Source: Candidatus Xenobia bacterium
Lineage (GTDB): Bacteria > Vulcanimicrobiota > Xenobia > Xenobiales > QWHO01
Reading direction: 5' to 3'
Assembly: GCA_045863235.1 (NCBI GenBank)
Contig: BTUM01000037.1
Location: 1-64,000, forward strand
Length of the DNA: 64,000 nucleotides
Below, one piece after another: positions 56,168 through 64,000 of this stretch (position 1 is the stretch's first letter; each line of letters opens with the position of its first letter). Position numbers and translations under genes: made by a program. The notes below the pieces were generated by a model. That model saw only the letters and a program-made list of their open reading frames with translations. It searched no databases and was not told the origin of the DNA.

Positions 56168-57316
56168 TTACTGTTTCTTTTTGGACTCGGCCAGAGCCCG
56201 GCCCCAATCTTCCACGATACGCCCGCGAATTTTGGGGGCGCTCTCGTCATAGGGAATCCCGCTGAGTGTCGCGGTTTCCTGGCCGATACGCCTGTGCAGT
56301 TCCTCAGTCAGGGCGGTCACCCCCGCCTTCTGCTCCATAGCCCGGTAGGGGGCGACCTCGATGGGATCGCCGATACGCAGCTGGGCCAGGTCGCGGTGCA
56401 TCCAGGCCTGGCCCAGGGCCCAGGTGGAGACGGCACCGCTCAGGCCGGCAAGTCCCGCGATCAGAGCCTGAGAGTCATCCAGAAGCGCGGCCGCACCTCC
56501 GGCTGCGATGGCTCCCGCCAGGGCCCCTCCGGCTCCGCCCTTGAGGGTGGCAAAGTAGTTGGGGAAGGGATCGTTGGCATTCTCGATGGGCACCAGTTTG
56601 TTCCCGAGCTGGCCTCCGGCCACGGCTCCGGTGAGAGCTCCGCCCAGGGCGGCCACGGCCACCCGGGCTCCCGGTCCGCCCACCGCTCCGGCCACCAGGC
56701 CGGCCACGGCCACGCTGGCGGTGGCCAGGGCGGTGGCCAGCTTCTCGCCCGGATACTCCCGGTCGTTCTTCTTGTAGAAAACCGCGATGGGCACGATGTT
56801 CTCAGCTCCGCCCTTGATGGCGAAATAGGCCGCGCCCTTCTTGATGGGCAACAGGGTGCCCAGTTCCTCGGTGATGGCCCCCTCGGGGAAGATGCAGACG
56901 CCCTTGCCCTCCTTGAGCAGGTCAATGGCGTGATTCACGGTCGTGGGGCTGGGGTTCTCGCGGTGCACCGGAAAGGCTCCCCCCCAGGTCATCACGCGTC
57001 CCCGCAAGCCGTCAAAGACGTAGACGTTGGCAACATACCGCATGTCTCGATCGCTCAAGAGCGCCACCAGAGGCGGATCAAAAAAGCTGGGGTGGCCGGA
57101 GGCGTAGACCTGGGGCCCGGAGTGGAGCATCTTCTCCTTGTTCTGCACTTCGAGCCGGTAGCGCCCGTTGGACAAAATCACGTTGAGAGGCTTGGTGAGC
57201 CAGTTGTGCTTGCGCGTTGACAGCCCGTCCTCGGGGCCGGTGTAGTCGGGGACGTAGTGTCCGAAACTCCTGGGCTTCTCGGGCACGGCAGCGGCATGGG
57301 TAGGCAGAATACGCAT
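56168..57316 (-). CDS. PlsC-like lysophospholipid acyltransferase with Gly-zipper insertion
   Basis: HPSFFD, FPVHR, IFPEG, IVPI; probably leaderless from ATG 57316. Confidence 0.87.
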   Translation of the reverse strand: MRILPTHAAAVPEKPRSFGHYVPDYTGPEDGLSTRKHNWLTKPLNVILSNGRYRLEVQNKEKMLHSGPQVYASGHPSFFDPPLVALLSDRDMRYVANVYVFDGLRGRVMTWGGAFPVHRENPSPTTVNHAIDLLKEGKGVCIFPEGAITEELGTLLPIKKGAAYFAIKGGAENIVPIAVFYKKNDREYPGEKLATALATASVAVAGLVAGAVGGPGARVAVAALGGALTGAVAGGQLGNKLVPIENANDPFPNYFATLKGGAGGALAGAIAAGGAAALLDDSQALIAGLAGLSGAVSTWALGQAWMHRDLAQLRIGDPIEVAPYRAMEQKAGVTALTEELHRRIGQETATLSGIPYDESAPKIRGRIVEDWGRALAESKKKQ

Positions 57317-57323
57317 CAGGCCC

Positions 57324-57355
57324 ATGATGGTCGGCGAGCCTTAAGGAATTCTGAA
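57324..57355 (-). promoter_or_regulatory. Class A direct-repeat promoter TTCAG-N6-TTAAG-N10-CATCAT
   Basis: Identical spacing; -10 lies 7 nt before the ATG. Confidence 0.65.
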
Positions 57356-57382
57356 ACGAAACCCTGGCCTGGCCCGGACCGC

Positions 57383-57414
57383 TTCAGCTTCCTTTCAGCC
57401 TCTCCCTGCACACT
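57383..57414 (+). promoter_or_regulatory. Class A direct-repeat promoter TTCAG-N6-TTCAG-N10-CACACT
   Basis: Identical spacing; divergent partner of 57324-57355. Confidence 0.65.
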
Positions 57415-57445
57415 CTGTGAGACAAAAAGAGGGGATACCACCACC

Positions 57446-57895
57446 ATGAGCTTACCAATTCCCAACTGGGCCCAGGGCCCCATCGAATCGTTTCGAACCT
57501 CCCAGACCCTGCCCGGAGCCATCCGCCAGGAGATTCCCACCGGTCAGGTCTCGGATGTCGACCGGAGCATCCGCACCAACGTGGACGAGGTCATTTCGGG
57601 CGATGAGACGGACATGGATTCGTTCAAGAACCAACCCGGCAAGTTCGGCATGGGTGACTTCCTGACGGCTGAATGGACCGGCGACACCAGCAAGGGCACC
57701 TTCGTGGAGGTCGTCAAGGGCGATCGGGGCAACCAGGCCTTCGTTTACGCCGAGTTCACTCCCACCAGCTCCAGTATGGTCATGCTCTCCAAGGAGAGAG
57801 GCAAGGTGACCGGCACTGCCCGCTTCGCCGACACAGCTCAGCCCGAGCGTAGCTTCGAGCTTGTCAGCGATGAGGACTACAAGCTGGCTCGCTGA
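57446..57895 (+). CDS. Hypothetical protein (149 aa)
   Basis: GC3-biased codons; AGAGGGG RBS; class A promoter. Confidence 0.75.
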   Translation: MSLPIPNWAQGPIESFRTSQTLPGAIRQEIPTGQVSDVDRSIRTNVDEVISGDETDMDSFKNQPGKFGMGDFLTAEWTGDTSKGTFVEVVKGDRGNQAFVYAEFTPTSSSMVMLSKERGKVTGTARFADTAQPERSFELVSDEDYKLAR

Positions 57896-57921
57896 GGCCC
57901 AAAGAGCGTAGCGTTTTCGAT

Positions 57922-59751
57922 CTAGACCAGCAGGCGGTCGAGCTCCAGCTCGAAGACTGAGACCGGCTGGGAGAGTTTGAAGCCCTCCAGAACCTGCGGA
58001 TGGATCTCGCCCATCATGCCCACCTCGTGGCGGGTCTGACCGCGGGTGGCAACCACCCGCGCTCCCCGGCCGGGAATGAAGTAAGGCTGCTCGGCCGGCT
58101 CCACCTCGAGCTTCCAGCCCAGCTCGTGCAACAGGGCCTGGCAGGTAGAGCGCATCTCTGAGTAGTCGACCCGCGGGCCTGTCGCTCCGGCGATCACGCG
58201 GCCATGCTCGCGCGCTCCTGTGTCGGCCTCGACGCACAATCTGGAGACGCGGCCCACCTCGAAGAGGTGCTGGGGCATCTCGTGGTCGGTGTTGGCGCTG
58301 AATGTGTCCAGCAGGCCCGGCAAGAGCGAGGTGCGCACCAGGGTCTGCTCCACGCTGATGGGGTTCTCGATGACAACGTGGTCCTCGCGCCGCTCCAGGC
58401 CCAGCGCATCATACTGGGCCTCCTCGCTGCTCAAGATGAGGGTCAGGATCTCCAGGTAGCCCAGCCCCGCCAGGGCTCGCCGGCAGAGGGTGGCACCTTT
58501 CTCGAAGGTTTGCTCCTCTCCCACCGTCAGGGTGGGCACCAGCGAGGGCACCAGGTTGTGGTAGCCGTAGGCGATGGCCACGTCCTCGATCAGGTCGATG
58601 GGATGCATGATATCGTTTCGGTAGGCCGGGACAGCCACCAGTAGCTTGCCGCCCTCTTTGGGCATGATCGAATGACCCATCCGGATCAGCAGGCGAGCGA
58701 CCTCTTCCACGGCCAGCTCCACCCCGATGGTGCGGGCCGCCTCGGCCGAGTCCAGCTCGACCATCTGAGGCGAGAGGTCCGGGGTCGCCACCGAGCGATC
58801 GGGGTACAGGATGCTCACCTTCTCGAGCTGGGCGGCGCCATCGAGCTCGAGCAGGCTGGTTACCAGGATGTTGAGGGTCTTGTTGACGACCCGCTCCTCG
58901 GTGCCGGTCACGTCGATGAAGAAGTTGCGCGTCTGCACCGTGACCTTGGTGCCTTCGCTGTTGATGATGGGAGGCAGGCTGAGCACCTGGCCTTGCGAGT
59001 CGCACAAGAGCGGGTAGCGCTGGTGGTCCTTGAGAAGGTGGGCGTAGGCCCGACCCTTGGGATGCTCCTCGAGCACCTGGCGGGCGGTGATGGCCCGGTC
59101 TTGATAGCCCAGGGGCACAAACTTCTTTTCGTCGGGGCCGATGGGCCCATAGGTGAAGGCGGCCCCCTGCACCAGTCGATCCAGGTCGTAGACCCCGATG
59201 GAGGCGCGTTTGCGATCACGACCCAGAGCCCAGTGCAGGTTCTCCTGCAGCTTCATGATGACCTTGATGATGTCGTCGGACAGGGTGATGTCACGCATCA
59301 CGGCGCAAGCGATGCAGGGGCGGAAGCTTTCGGGCGAGCTCATGGCCGGATCGACGCTGACCTGGCAAGTGGGCGGACCCACCTCGTAGTTGAGGGTGCT
59401 GTCGCCCTCGCTCAGGTAGGCCCGCAGCACCCGGGCCAGGCCGCCAGGCTCGAACATATCCGGCCGCACGGCCAGGAGCTCCATGCGGATCACCTCGCTG
59501 GTGCCGGCTTCCTGGCGCGCCTCGGCGTTGGCCCGGAAATCGGCCCCGCAGCGATCGCACTCCACCGGGGGGTTCTCGGTCTCGGTGATCTCCATCAGGT
59601 TGCCGCACCGCTCGCAGCGAAAGCGGCGCAGGGTGGCGTAACCCTCCACATCGCAGCCCAGGTGCTGCAGGTGCTCCACCAGCTCGTCGCGGCTGAGCTG
59701 GGTGGAGATGCGCTCGAGCAGCATCTCCACCGGAATCCCGATTACCGGCAT
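57922..59751 (-). CDS. pheT: Phenylalanine--tRNA ligase beta subunit, archaeal/eukaryotic type
   Basis: RPD, QENLH..GRDRK..SIGVYDLD, PPIINS, YRNDIMHPIDLIEDVAIAYGY, GEIHP; lacks the bacterial B2 and B8 domains. Confidence 0.93.
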   Translation of the reverse strand: MPVIGIPVEMLLERISTQLSRDELVEHLQHLGCDVEGYATLRRFRCERCGNLMEITETENPPVECDRCGADFRANAEARQEAGTSEVIRMELLAVRPDMFEPGGLARVLRAYLSEGDSTLNYEVGPPTCQVSVDPAMSSPESFRPCIACAVMRDITLSDDIIKVIMKLQENLHWALGRDRKRASIGVYDLDRLVQGAAFTYGPIGPDEKKFVPLGYQDRAITARQVLEEHPKGRAYAHLLKDHQRYPLLCDSQGQVLSLPPIINSEGTKVTVQTRNFFIDVTGTEERVVNKTLNILVTSLLELDGAAQLEKVSILYPDRSVATPDLSPQMVELDSAEAARTIGVELAVEEVARLLIRMGHSIMPKEGGKLLVAVPAYRNDIMHPIDLIEDVAIAYGYHNLVPSLVPTLTVGEEQTFEKGATLCRRALAGLGYLEILTLILSSEEAQYDALGLERREDHVVIENPISVEQTLVRTSLLPGLLDTFSANTDHEMPQHLFEVGRVSRLCVEADTGAREHGRVIAGATGPRVDYSEMRSTCQALLHELGWKLEVEPAEQPYFIPGRGARVVATRGQTRHEVGMMGEIHPQVLEGFKLSQPVSVFELELDRLLV

Positions 59752-61271
59752 AGCGGTTCCTCCTTGAGCCAGGCCAGGCGGGCGCGGTACAGCTCACCGA
59801 TGCTGCCCACCTCGTAGCGGAACATGGCCAGCCGCTCGAGCCCCAGGCCCCAGGCCAGCACGGGCGCTGTGCAACCGAGCGGGCGGGTCACCTCGGGGCG
59901 GAACATGCCGGCTCCCCCCATCTCGACCCAGTCCGACTTGCGCTCGCTCCAGACGAACACCTCCACACTGGGCTCGGTGTAGGGGAAGAAGGCCGGGCGG
60001 AACTGGAAGCGCTCGAAACCCATCTTCTGGTAGAAGGCCTGCAGCGTGCCCAACAGGTTCGAGAAGGAGGCCTTCTCGTCGATGATGATGCCGTCCACCT
60101 GGTGGAAAACCGGCAGGTGCTTATAGTCCACCGTTTCGCGGCGGAACACCGGGCCCACGCAAAACACCTTGCGAGGCGAGGTGGGATTCTGGGCCAGGGC
60201 CCGGATGGTGCTGGCAGTGGTGTGGGTGCGCAAGACGGCCTTTTGAGCCAGGTCCTTGCTCCACACGTAGCGCCAACCGACCGAGCCGGTGTCGCCGCCG
60301 TCCTCGTGGGTCTTTCTCACCCGCTCCACCATCTCGGCGTCGGGCAGGTGGCAACTGCCCGGGCGAGCCACGTAGAAGGTGTCCTGCATATCGCGGGCGG
60401 GATGGTCCTGCGGCTGGAACAGGGCGTCGAAATCCCAGAAGCCAGACTCGACGTAGGAGCTGACCGTCTCACTGAAGCCCATCTCGAGAAAGACGCGGCG
60501 GGTCTGCTCGAAGACCCGCACCAGCGGGTGGGCCTTGCCGGGGCTGACCCGGGCTGCCTCCAGGCGCACGTCATAGGGGCGCAGCTCCACCGAACGCCAT
60601 TCTCCCGTGCGCAGCATCTCGGGGGTCAGCTGGTTGACCTGCTTTCTGGCTTCGATCCCCTCCTCCACCAGCTTGCGACCGGCCGCCGTCAACTGGGCAT
60701 AGCGGATCTTGCGTGGCTTCTCCTCCACGATGCCGGTGCGCCCCTCCAGCAAGGCCAGGGCGGCGGGCACATCCACCTCCTTCTTGGCCAGCTCGCGGTC
60801 GGAGGCTGCTTCGAGGTCGAACAGGGCCATCACCAGGATCTCATCCGGCCCCGGCTTGTCGCCGTTCTTAGGAGCCTTGGAGGCCAGCTTGAGCTGCTTA
60901 CCGTCCTGCTCGGCCCAGCCTTTCTGCTTGAGCCAGCGCAGGGACTGGCCGACCTCGGTCTTGTCCAGACCGCTCAGCTCGGCGAGCTCGGGCAGCTCAG
61001 CCGGCTCACCTTTGGCGATCAGGGCCTGCAGGATGTGGCGCTCGGGCAACAAGCCCTCCCTGAGAGCTTTGCCCTTCTTGCCAAGCTTGAGGTCGAGGTA
61101 GACCTCCTCGGTCACCTCGATGAGGCCCTCCTCTGAGCGCTTGAGGCAGGTGGCCGTCACCTGGCTCTGGTCCAGGCCCAGCTCGGCGGCCAGGTCGAGC
61201 ACCGACACGGGCTTGCTCCTGGCGGCCAGGCCGGTCAGCACGTGGTAGTCGACTTCCGGTAGGCTATGCAT
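59742..61271 (-). CDS. pheS: Phenylalanine--tRNA ligase alpha subunit, archaeal/eukaryotic type
   Basis: FDALFQPQDHPARDMQDTF, LRTHTT, FRRE, FFPYTEPS, GLGLERL; long winged-helix N-terminus (509 aa). Confidence 0.95.
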   Translation of the reverse strand: MHSLPEVDYHVLTGLAARSKPVSVLDLAAELGLDQSQVTATCLKRSEEGLIEVTEEVYLDLKLGKKGKALREGLLPERHILQALIAKGEPAELPELAELSGLDKTEVGQSLRWLKQKGWAEQDGKQLKLASKAPKNGDKPGPDEILVMALFDLEAASDRELAKKEVDVPAALALLEGRTGIVEEKPRKIRYAQLTAAGRKLVEEGIEARKQVNQLTPEMLRTGEWRSVELRPYDVRLEAARVSPGKAHPLVRVFEQTRRVFLEMGFSETVSSYVESGFWDFDALFQPQDHPARDMQDTFYVARPGSCHLPDAEMVERVRKTHEDGGDTGSVGWRYVWSKDLAQKAVLRTHTTASTIRALAQNPTSPRKVFCVGPVFRRETVDYKHLPVFHQVDGIIIDEKASFSNLLGTLQAFYQKMGFERFQFRPAFFPYTEPSVEVFVWSERKSDWVEMGGAGMFRPEVTRPLGCTAPVLAWGLGLERLAMFRYEVGSIGELYRARLAWLKEEPLCR

Positions 61272-61305
61272 GGCACGAATGCTTCGCGAGGGAACGGCTT
61301 TTCCT

Positions 61306-63051
61306 TCAAGATTGCAGGCGTTGAGTCAGCTCCGTTTTCCGCTGGGGGCTCTCCATCTCGAGGTAGGCCAGAAAGGCTTTGCGAACGGCTGGAGCGTAGC
61401 ACCACCGCCCCTCGCGCGAGGAGGCGAAGGTCAGCTTGAGCAACCGCTCGAAAGCGCGGCGCGGTTCGGGGTGGTCGGGGTGGAGCTTGTGCACCAGATC
61501 CAGGTTGAACTCCTCGGGCAGGGCCATGTCCAGAACCAGGTCCCGGTAGGAGGGCTCCACCTCTTCCAGCAGCCGCTCCACCAGGGTTCGCACCGCCAGT
61601 TCGCGATCGGGCGAGCCGGCCACCAGCGACAGGAAGAGAGGCGAGCCCCCGGTCAGCTCGAGCAACTCGGGGTTCGGCTCGCTGCCCAGCAGCTCGAGGT
61701 AACGGGCCGTCTCCTGGGGGTCAAAGGGGTCCAGGCGGATGCGCTCCACCGCCCCCTGGAACTCGGACCAGCGAGAGTTGATGCGCAGCAGGTCGTGGCG
61801 ACTGGCCAGCACCACCAGGGGTTGCAGGGCCACGAAGGCGGGGTCGGCCAGAAGCACCGTGCGAAGCCAGGTGTCGGCCAGTAAGGCCAGCAGCTCGTAG
61901 GTGTCCAGCACCAGCACCGGGCGCCTCCAGAGATAGTAGTCCTTGCGTTGCCGCTGGACGAAGGCGGACAGGTCCTCGACCAGGGCGGCCGTCAGGCGGC
62001 GCACCCAGGAGTTGGTCGCCAGCGCGTCGGCTTCGGCCTGCAACTCTTCCGAGACGGCCTCGGCCGCCTGCCAGCCGGCATCGGCCAGGGTCAGCAGGGG
62101 ATTCTTGCCGCTGCCGATCTCCATCGCTTTGCGCACGTAATGCTTGACGCCGCCCGATTCGCTCTCGGTCTGGCGGTTACGGCGCGTGTAGATGCGGTCG
62201 AACTTGGAGGTCTTGCAGCCCTGCTTCTGCAGCCCCAGGGCCAGGCTTTGCAGCAGGCTGACCAACCCCTGCTCCAGGCTCTGGTCGCACCCTTCGCAAC
62301 TCTGGTGGTCCACCACGGCCAGCGACACCCGACCCTCCAGGCGGTGCTGTAGATGGCGCAGGAAGTAGCTCTTTCCAGCCCCGCCCAGGCCAGTGACGGA
62401 GACGATCCAGGGGGCTTCTCGGGGCGGGTTGGGGGTCAGCGCCAGCTCGATCAGGCGGCTCGTCTGGGCTTCTCTGCCCACGTAGAGGCGCGGGCCGGGG
62501 GCAGCGGGCTTGCGGCGGGGAGCCAGCTCGAGGTGCTCAAAGCGGAACCCCAGAATGTCGGCCAACCACATGGAGACGTAGTCGGAAGCGGCCCCGCGTG
62601 GCCCGAGCTGGACACCGTCGTTCCAGACGAACAGGCTGACGTCGGATTCGAGCTCGCAGCGCTCGGCAGGCCACTCCAGGGCCACGTGAATGGCCTCGCG
62701 ATCCAGCGCGCCCTCGGCCCGGGGCAGAAAGACGAAGCGATAGGTCTGCCCGAGCATGCCGGGCTCGCTCAGGCGCACCTCGCGCCGGGCGGCATCCGCG
62801 TCGACCAGCTCGATGGTGCCCCGTTGCACCTGAGTCTCGCCCTTCTGACGGCGCTCCAGAAAGCCAGCCAGATCACCCGCTAGCTCGGATGGAGTGCGCC
62901 GAGGAATTTCGCGGCCGCCGGCCCTGGAGACAAAGTTGAGAATGGCCCGCTGGCCGGTGGTAGCGGCGGTATGAGTGGCCGTGGTGAGGATTTTGCCAGC
63001 TACCTGGAAGAGCCTGCCCGTGATCGATTCGGGCTTCTTCTTGTCGGCCAT
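61306..63051 (-). CDS. STAND-like P-loop ATPase (AAA_16-like) with unknown N-terminal domain
   Basis: YVGRE, GLGGAGKS, LVLDTYE, LASR, TGGSPL. Confidence 0.85.
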   Translation of the reverse strand: MADKKKPESITGRLFQVAGKILTTATHTAATTGQRAILNFVSRAGGREIPRRTPSELAGDLAGFLERRQKGETQVQRGTIELVDADAARREVRLSEPGMLGQTYRFVFLPRAEGALDREAIHVALEWPAERCELESDVSLFVWNDGVQLGPRGAASDYVSMWLADILGFRFEHLELAPRRKPAAPGPRLYVGREAQTSRLIELALTPNPPREAPWIVSVTGLGGAGKSYFLRHLQHRLEGRVSLAVVDHQSCEGCDQSLEQGLVSLLQSLALGLQKQGCKTSKFDRIYTRRNRQTESESGGVKHYVRKAMEIGSGKNPLLTLADAGWQAAEAVSEELQAEADALATNSWVRRLTAALVEDLSAFVQRQRKDYYLWRRPVLVLDTYELLALLADTWLRTVLLADPAFVALQPLVVLASRHDLLRINSRWSEFQGAVERIRLDPFDPQETARYLELLGSEPNPELLELTGGSPLFLSLVAGSPDRELAVRTLVERLLEEVEPSYRDLVLDMALPEEFNLDLVHKLHPDHPEPRRAFERLLKLTFASSREGRWCYAPAVRKAFLAYLEMESPQRKTELTQRLQS

Positions 63052-63160
63052 GGCCCGGGACTTTAGCACAGTGATGCAAAAGTCCTCGGAGTGTCGATCC
63101 CTCATCGACAAGAAACCGGGCGTTCGGCCGCAACCCCGGACTGTGCGAGTGGACCTGACT

Positions 63161-63577
63161 TCAGCCGAGCACCCAGGGCAGGTCGAACTGACGACCCACG
63201 CGGTTCTCGCAGAAGGCCCAGAAGGGACGCCCTTCGTCTCTCCACATCTCGGCGACATCGCGCAGAACATCCAGGAAGCGCTCGAGGACATCCGTTTCCA
63301 GGTCGTCGGTCTCGTTGATCCAGACGGCGTAGCCATCGGCCTCGTCGAGGTCGAAGAGGCAGTCGCGCAGAGCATCCCAGTTGCGACCGAAATGCTCGGG
63401 GAACTTGAAGGTCTTGTAGCAGGTCTTGAGCAGCTCCTTGCGGGTCGCAGCTCCATCCAGGCGCAGGTCGAACACTTTGAAACCCGCTGATTCACAGGCT
63501 TCCAGTAAGGAGATCGGATCGCCGTTGACGGCACAAACTCCGGCTTGGTCCGGTTTGAGCAACTGTTCAGTGGTCAT
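63161..63577 (-). CDS. Barstar-family protein
   Basis: FKFPEHFGRNWDALRDCLFDL. Confidence 0.88.
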   Translation of the reverse strand: MTTEQLLKPDQAGVCAVNGDPISLLEACESAGFKVFDLRLDGAATRKELLKTCYKTFKFPEHFGRNWDALRDCLFDLDEADGYAVWINETDDLETDVLERFLDVLRDVAEMWRDEGRPFWAFCENRVGRQFDLPWVLG

Positions 63578-63578
63578 T

Positions 63579-64000
63579 TCAGGGAGTCTTGGGTGCCTCC
63601 GGGAGGGGTTTTCGGCCCAGGGCCTGGTCGACCAGGGCATACCTGTATGTCTTCCCCCGCTTGAGCTTGAGCATGAAGCGCGAGCGCTTGTCCAATTCCG
63701 GCAAGAGCCGCTTGAAATCCTCCACCGACCGGATGGGTGTCTGATCCACCCCCACGATCACGTCGCCCACCTCGATGCCGCCGTCATCCCCCGGGCTGCC
63801 TCGGGTAACGTAGGAGACCAGCGCCCCCAGGCGGTCGTTGAGGCGGTACTCCAGCATGTGCGAGGTGGTGATGGCCTGCACGCTGATGCCGAAATCGGTG
63901 TAGGTCTCCTCGGAGTCTACCGCTGGCTGGGTGCCGATGGTGGCGGTCAGAACCTGGCGTTTCCCGTCGCGGTAGATCTCAATGGGAACACTGGTACCCG
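63579..64000 (-). CDS. C-terminal PDZ domains of a probable HtrA/DegP-like protease (partial)
   Basis: YRDGK, GALVSYVTRGSPGDDGGIEVGDVIVGVD; runs off the window edge, protease domain not visible. Confidence 0.8.
   Translation of the reverse strand, partial: GTSVPIEIYRDGKRQVLTATIGTQPAVDSEETYTDFGISVQAITTSHMLEYRLNDRLGALVSYVTRGSPGDDGGIEVGDVIVGVDQTPIRSVEDFKRLLPELDKRSRFMLKLKRGKTYRYALVDQALGRKPLPEAPKTP

Overview
High-GC bacterial chromosomal segment with about 50 protein-coding genes. I saw no rRNA, tRNA, CRISPR array or intact transposase. Housekeeping genes: gmk, rqcH, a dpp-type ABC importer lacking its ATPases, a cyclophilin, argS, rtcB, hmgA, an archaeal-type pheST and a P1B-5 ATPase. Signalling genes: two Ser/Thr kinases, an FHA protein, STAND-like ATPases, an orphan anti-sigma factor and a giant degenerate HD-GYP protein. 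A small lower-GC cassette carries an AraC regulator. The most striking signals come from the intergenic DNA and protein ends. (1) Three recurring promoter grammars: TTMAG-N6-TTMAR-N10-[-10]; KTWAC-N6-KTWAC-N22-[-10]; and a sigmaH-like AGGN-N15-17-NGAA about 10 nt before start codons. (2) The first two grammars mark a dispersed set of unusual genes: a SecA paralogue, an S8 protease with a lipase, a HEXXH protein, a PQQ propeller, a Gly-zipper acyltransferase and two giant Ala/Gln/Gly helical proteins. Several share a non-Sec N-terminal leader (M-x-[ILV]...P-x-[DE]-x-[FL]), suggesting a co-regulated export or effector system (inference). (3) The two helical paralogues differ by exactly 21 residues on each side of a central turn, implying antiparallel hairpins about 45 nm long. 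Also notable: a RelA/SpoT-like synthetase with a rewired G-loop, and a Zn-ribbon insertion in PheT. The lineage cannot be fixed from sequence alone; the style resembles Vulcanimicrobiota/Eremiobacterota (weak inference). Many starts were re-called from RBS, promoter or overlap evidence.
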